64,000 nt of DNA from NCBI GenBank assembly GCA_950097015.1, contig CATNEN010000039.1:18476001-18540000 (forward strand), read 5' to 3'. The position numbers were made by a program, and so were the translations under genes. The notes under the pieces are model-generated. The model was given only the letters and a program-made list of their open reading frames with translations. It searched no databases and was not told where the DNA came from. Source of the stretch: Macrostomum hystrix (taxonomy: Eukaryota; Animalia; Platyhelminthes). This document shows positions 61,044 to 64,000 of this stretch, in pieces; within the stretch, counting starts at the first letter, position 1, and the number at the start of each line of letters is the position of its first letter.

Positions 61044-64000
61044 GATGACAGTCACGCTTGAGTCACCGCGACGCTTCTTGGCTTTCTTCTTGTTGGCTAG
61101 CTGAACGGCATAGTTGTCTCTGGCTGTCCAGCCTGGGTACATCTGCATGTGCAGCTCCTTCTCTTTGCGTGCCAACTCGTAGTATTTGGCCTGCTCCTCC
61201 CGCGACAGGTTGTGCCACTGTTTGTTTCCATGGTAACATTGGGCGATAAGAGATTTTATAATTGGTGTCATTTATTAATTTCTATTTCGTAAGTTGAAAA
61301 TTCCTAAGATTTCATATTTCCTAAATTTCATATTCCCTAAATTTCATATTTCCTAAATTTCATATTACCCTAATTTCATATTTCCTAAATTTCATATTCC
61401 CTAAATTTCATATTCCCTAAATTTCATTTTCCCCTAATTTCATATTCCCCCTTCTCAGAAGTTTTCTGTGTTTCACTACAACTGGTGGAGCAACTAATAG
61501 TTTGAGTTTGAGTATCTAATGCAGCTTTCAGAGCTCTTTGGCCTTGGGCATGGGATTGGCAAGGTATGGCAGGGCGACACGCATTTATCCCCCCAGAGAA
61601 GCTTCTTTTACTGTTGCTTCTTCTTGCCTTTGTCTCGACACGAGTCCTCCCTGATGGTCACGGGTGCATTGTTGAACACCTCTCGCTGGGTCTCTGTATA
61701 AGCCTATAAGCTTAATTCGTATTAATCGAGAAATTCTACCAGGAATTTCTTTGAGGAAGTTGGAAAGCTGCTGCAAAAGACACTTCAACGCCTCAAGGCG
61801 GAAGCCCTAACATCTCTTTTAGGGATAATTGACGAATTGTTCCTACTATATTGGGATTTGTTAGGGATAAATTGAGGACACATATTGTCACGTTTTGCGC
61901 ACTAGCTTTGGGCAATAACATCTTAGGAACTATTTAGACAGTCTGCGTGTTAGCAACCTGCAATTTTCCCATAGATGCAATCCGTATTACTCCGAACCTG
62001 CATGCATGACAACCCCGAGGCAATTGCAGCAGCAAAATGACAATGCTACTTAATTACTGATGTAGTTAGTGAATAAGTTTCTATAAAGACTAGAACTGCT
62101 TGTTTGAGCATAGAATAGCTAAAAATAATTGGATAACATAAAGCATACGTACGTAGATGTTTAGAGGGTTGACCAGGAAATGTTAAGAATTGTGGAAAAA
62201 TTCGAGAACGGTGAGAGACAAGATGCAGGGTTTATAATGGAGCAGAGATGAGACACGGGAGAGATGAGACACGGGAGAGATGAGACACTGGAGAGATGAG
62301 ACACTGGAGAGATGAGACACTGGAGATATGAGATACGAGAGAGATGAGATACGAGAGAGATGAGACACCGGAGAGATGGGACACGGGAGAGACGAGACTC
62401 GGGAGAGATGAGACACGGGAGAGATGAGACTCGGGAGAGATGAGACACGGGTGAGATGAGACTCGGGATAGAGATGAGACACGGGAGAGATGAGACACGG
62501 GAGAGATGAGACTCGGGAGAGATGAGACACGGGTGAGATGAGACACGGGATAGAGATGAGACACGGGAGAGATGAGACACGGGAGAGATGAGACACGGGA
62601 GGGATGAGACACTGGAGAGATGAGATACGAGAGAGATGAGACACGAGAGAGATGAGACACGGGAGAGATGAGACACCGGAGAGATGGGACACGGGAGAGA
62701 CGAGACTCGGGAGAGATGAGACACGGGAGAGATGAGACTCGGGAGAGATGAGACACGGGTGAGATGAGACACGGGATAGAGATGAGACACGGGAGAGATG
62801 AGACACGGGAGAGATGAGACACGGGAGGGATGAGACACGGGAGAGAGATGAGATTCAGTAACTTTAAGACCGACTTCCACTAATCAAATTTTTGCCTTTA
62901 AAAACATGAATGCCGTATCATTTGAAGCTCTTAGATATCTTCAAGAAAATCGAAGCAATTTTGAGATATCAGCAGAGAGACTCAGAAACTCACCTTCCGC
63001 CCCAAGATTTGGTTAATCGCAGCGGATTCCTTCAGTGTGCACTCGGCGACAACCTTGGATCGCATCTCCTTCATGAATAGCATGAAAGCGTTTAGCGGCT
63101 TCTTAACATGCTGCTGCTGCTGCTGCTGCTGCTGATGACTGTGGTGTGATTTGCGCGGCTTCGACTCGCTTGTGTTTGCGACGCCGTTCCCGCCGCCACC
63201 GCTGCTGACGCTACTGGGTAAACCAGCGACGTATCCAGCGGACATAAGACGCTGCTGATGCTGCTGCTGCTGTTGCTGATGATGCTGCTGCTGCTGCTGC
63301 TGTTGGTGGTGTTGATGCTGAATCTGGTGCGGCTGCACAATCTGTTCCTCTTTGATGCCTCCGACAATGTGACTTTCAGTCTGAGCCATGAGATGCTGGT
63401 CATAGTAGGCGTAGGGGAGATGCTGCTGCTGCTGCTGCTGCTGCTGATAGTGATGATGCAAAAGGCTTGGCGAGAAACGGCCTAACCCGGTGGCTGAAGA
63501 CGGTGGCGGTGGTGGCGGCGGCATGTGCTGTGGGTAGCCAGCGCACCTGCCAATCATCTGGGCCGATCCGTAGGCAGCTGTAGCTCCGCCGCCCCAGCCA
63601 GAAAAATCCGGATAAAAATGATGCTGCTGCTGCTGATGCTGCTGCTGCTGCTGAAGATGATGGGCGTGCAGTTGCTGATTGTGAATTCCGGCGAATTGTC
63701 CGCATCCGTGCGGTCCGGACGCGGAAACGGCGGCTGCGGCCGCGGCAGCCGCTGCGGCCGCAGCCGCCGCCGCAGCCGTGGCGTTGACGGCTGACATAGC
63801 CGAGGTTGAAGCTGACGAGATGCAGGCATCGCCGCTGTCGCCACTGCCATTCGGTGATGGCGTTCCACCGGCGGTATGATAGGAGGCCACCGAATGGTCT
63901 GTTAATAAACGATGAATTAAATATATTTTATTTAGGATAGGCGCATCTGAAGGCTGGGTACCGCTGTTCAGTCCATGGACTGGAAGGTCGGCACCAGCTA
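59042..64000 (-). CDS. TCF: TCF/LEF (pangolin-like) HMG-box transcription factor, 3' part (exons >64000-63962?, 63898-62994, 61217-60935, 59745-59631, 59207-59042)
   Basis: [39 protein letters not shown]|[36 protein letters not shown] plus the basic tail KKKAKKRR. Downstream exons join in phase to a TGA at 59044-59042. The 5' end lies outside the window. Confidence 0.93.
59277..59612. repeat. (ATTCT)n microsatellite in the last TCF intron
   Basis: Direct inspection. Confidence 0.97.
59760..60565. repeat. 20-bp minisatellite (GGCTTTGCTGAAGGATCTGA), TCF intron
   Basis: Direct inspection. Confidence 0.97.
61309..61450. repeat. 16-bp array (ATTTCATATTCCCTAA), TCF intron
   Basis: Direct inspection. 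Confidence 0.9.
62244..62853. repeat. 16-bp minisatellite (GAGAGATGAGACACGG), TCF intron
   Basis: Direct inspection. Confidence 0.95.

Noticed and set aside
59221-62880. ORFs (YSILF)n and ([16 protein letters not shown])n
   Set aside because: Micro- and minisatellite translations in TCF introns.

Overview
Eukaryotic (animal) genomic DNA with spliceosomal introns packed with minisatellites and TTAGGG tracts. The style suggests a free-living flatworm such as Macrostomum, but that is inference only. The headline object is a 22.9-kb DNA transposon at 9599-32481, bounded by a 7-bp target-site duplication (CATTTTT) and by giant terminal inverted repeats of about 2.9 and 4.3 kb built from unique sequence plus minisatellite arrays. 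It carries two convergent multi-exon genes that the ORF track shows only as fragments: an apparently intact 10-exon, ~770-aa CxC2/KDZ (Kyakuja-Dileera-Zisupton-type) transposase, and a 5-exon, ~416-aa accessory gene with an HMG-box-like N-terminus. LINE and SINE relics are nested inside it. Host genes are: the 3' end of an LRP11-like gene, a beta-propeller-like ORF, a PAN + C-type lectin, a 15-exon Dicer (~1578 aa) with a shortened PAZ region, exosome subunit RRP46/EXOSC5, and the 3' part of a TCF/LEF gene with no visible C-clamp. Other mobile elements are an internally deleted THAP/P-superfamily element (7-bp TSD), two hAT-type non-autonomous elements (8-bp TSDs) and a deleted Helitron. All gene models were spliced by hand from GT-AG sites and reading-frame phase and need RNA-seq confirmation.
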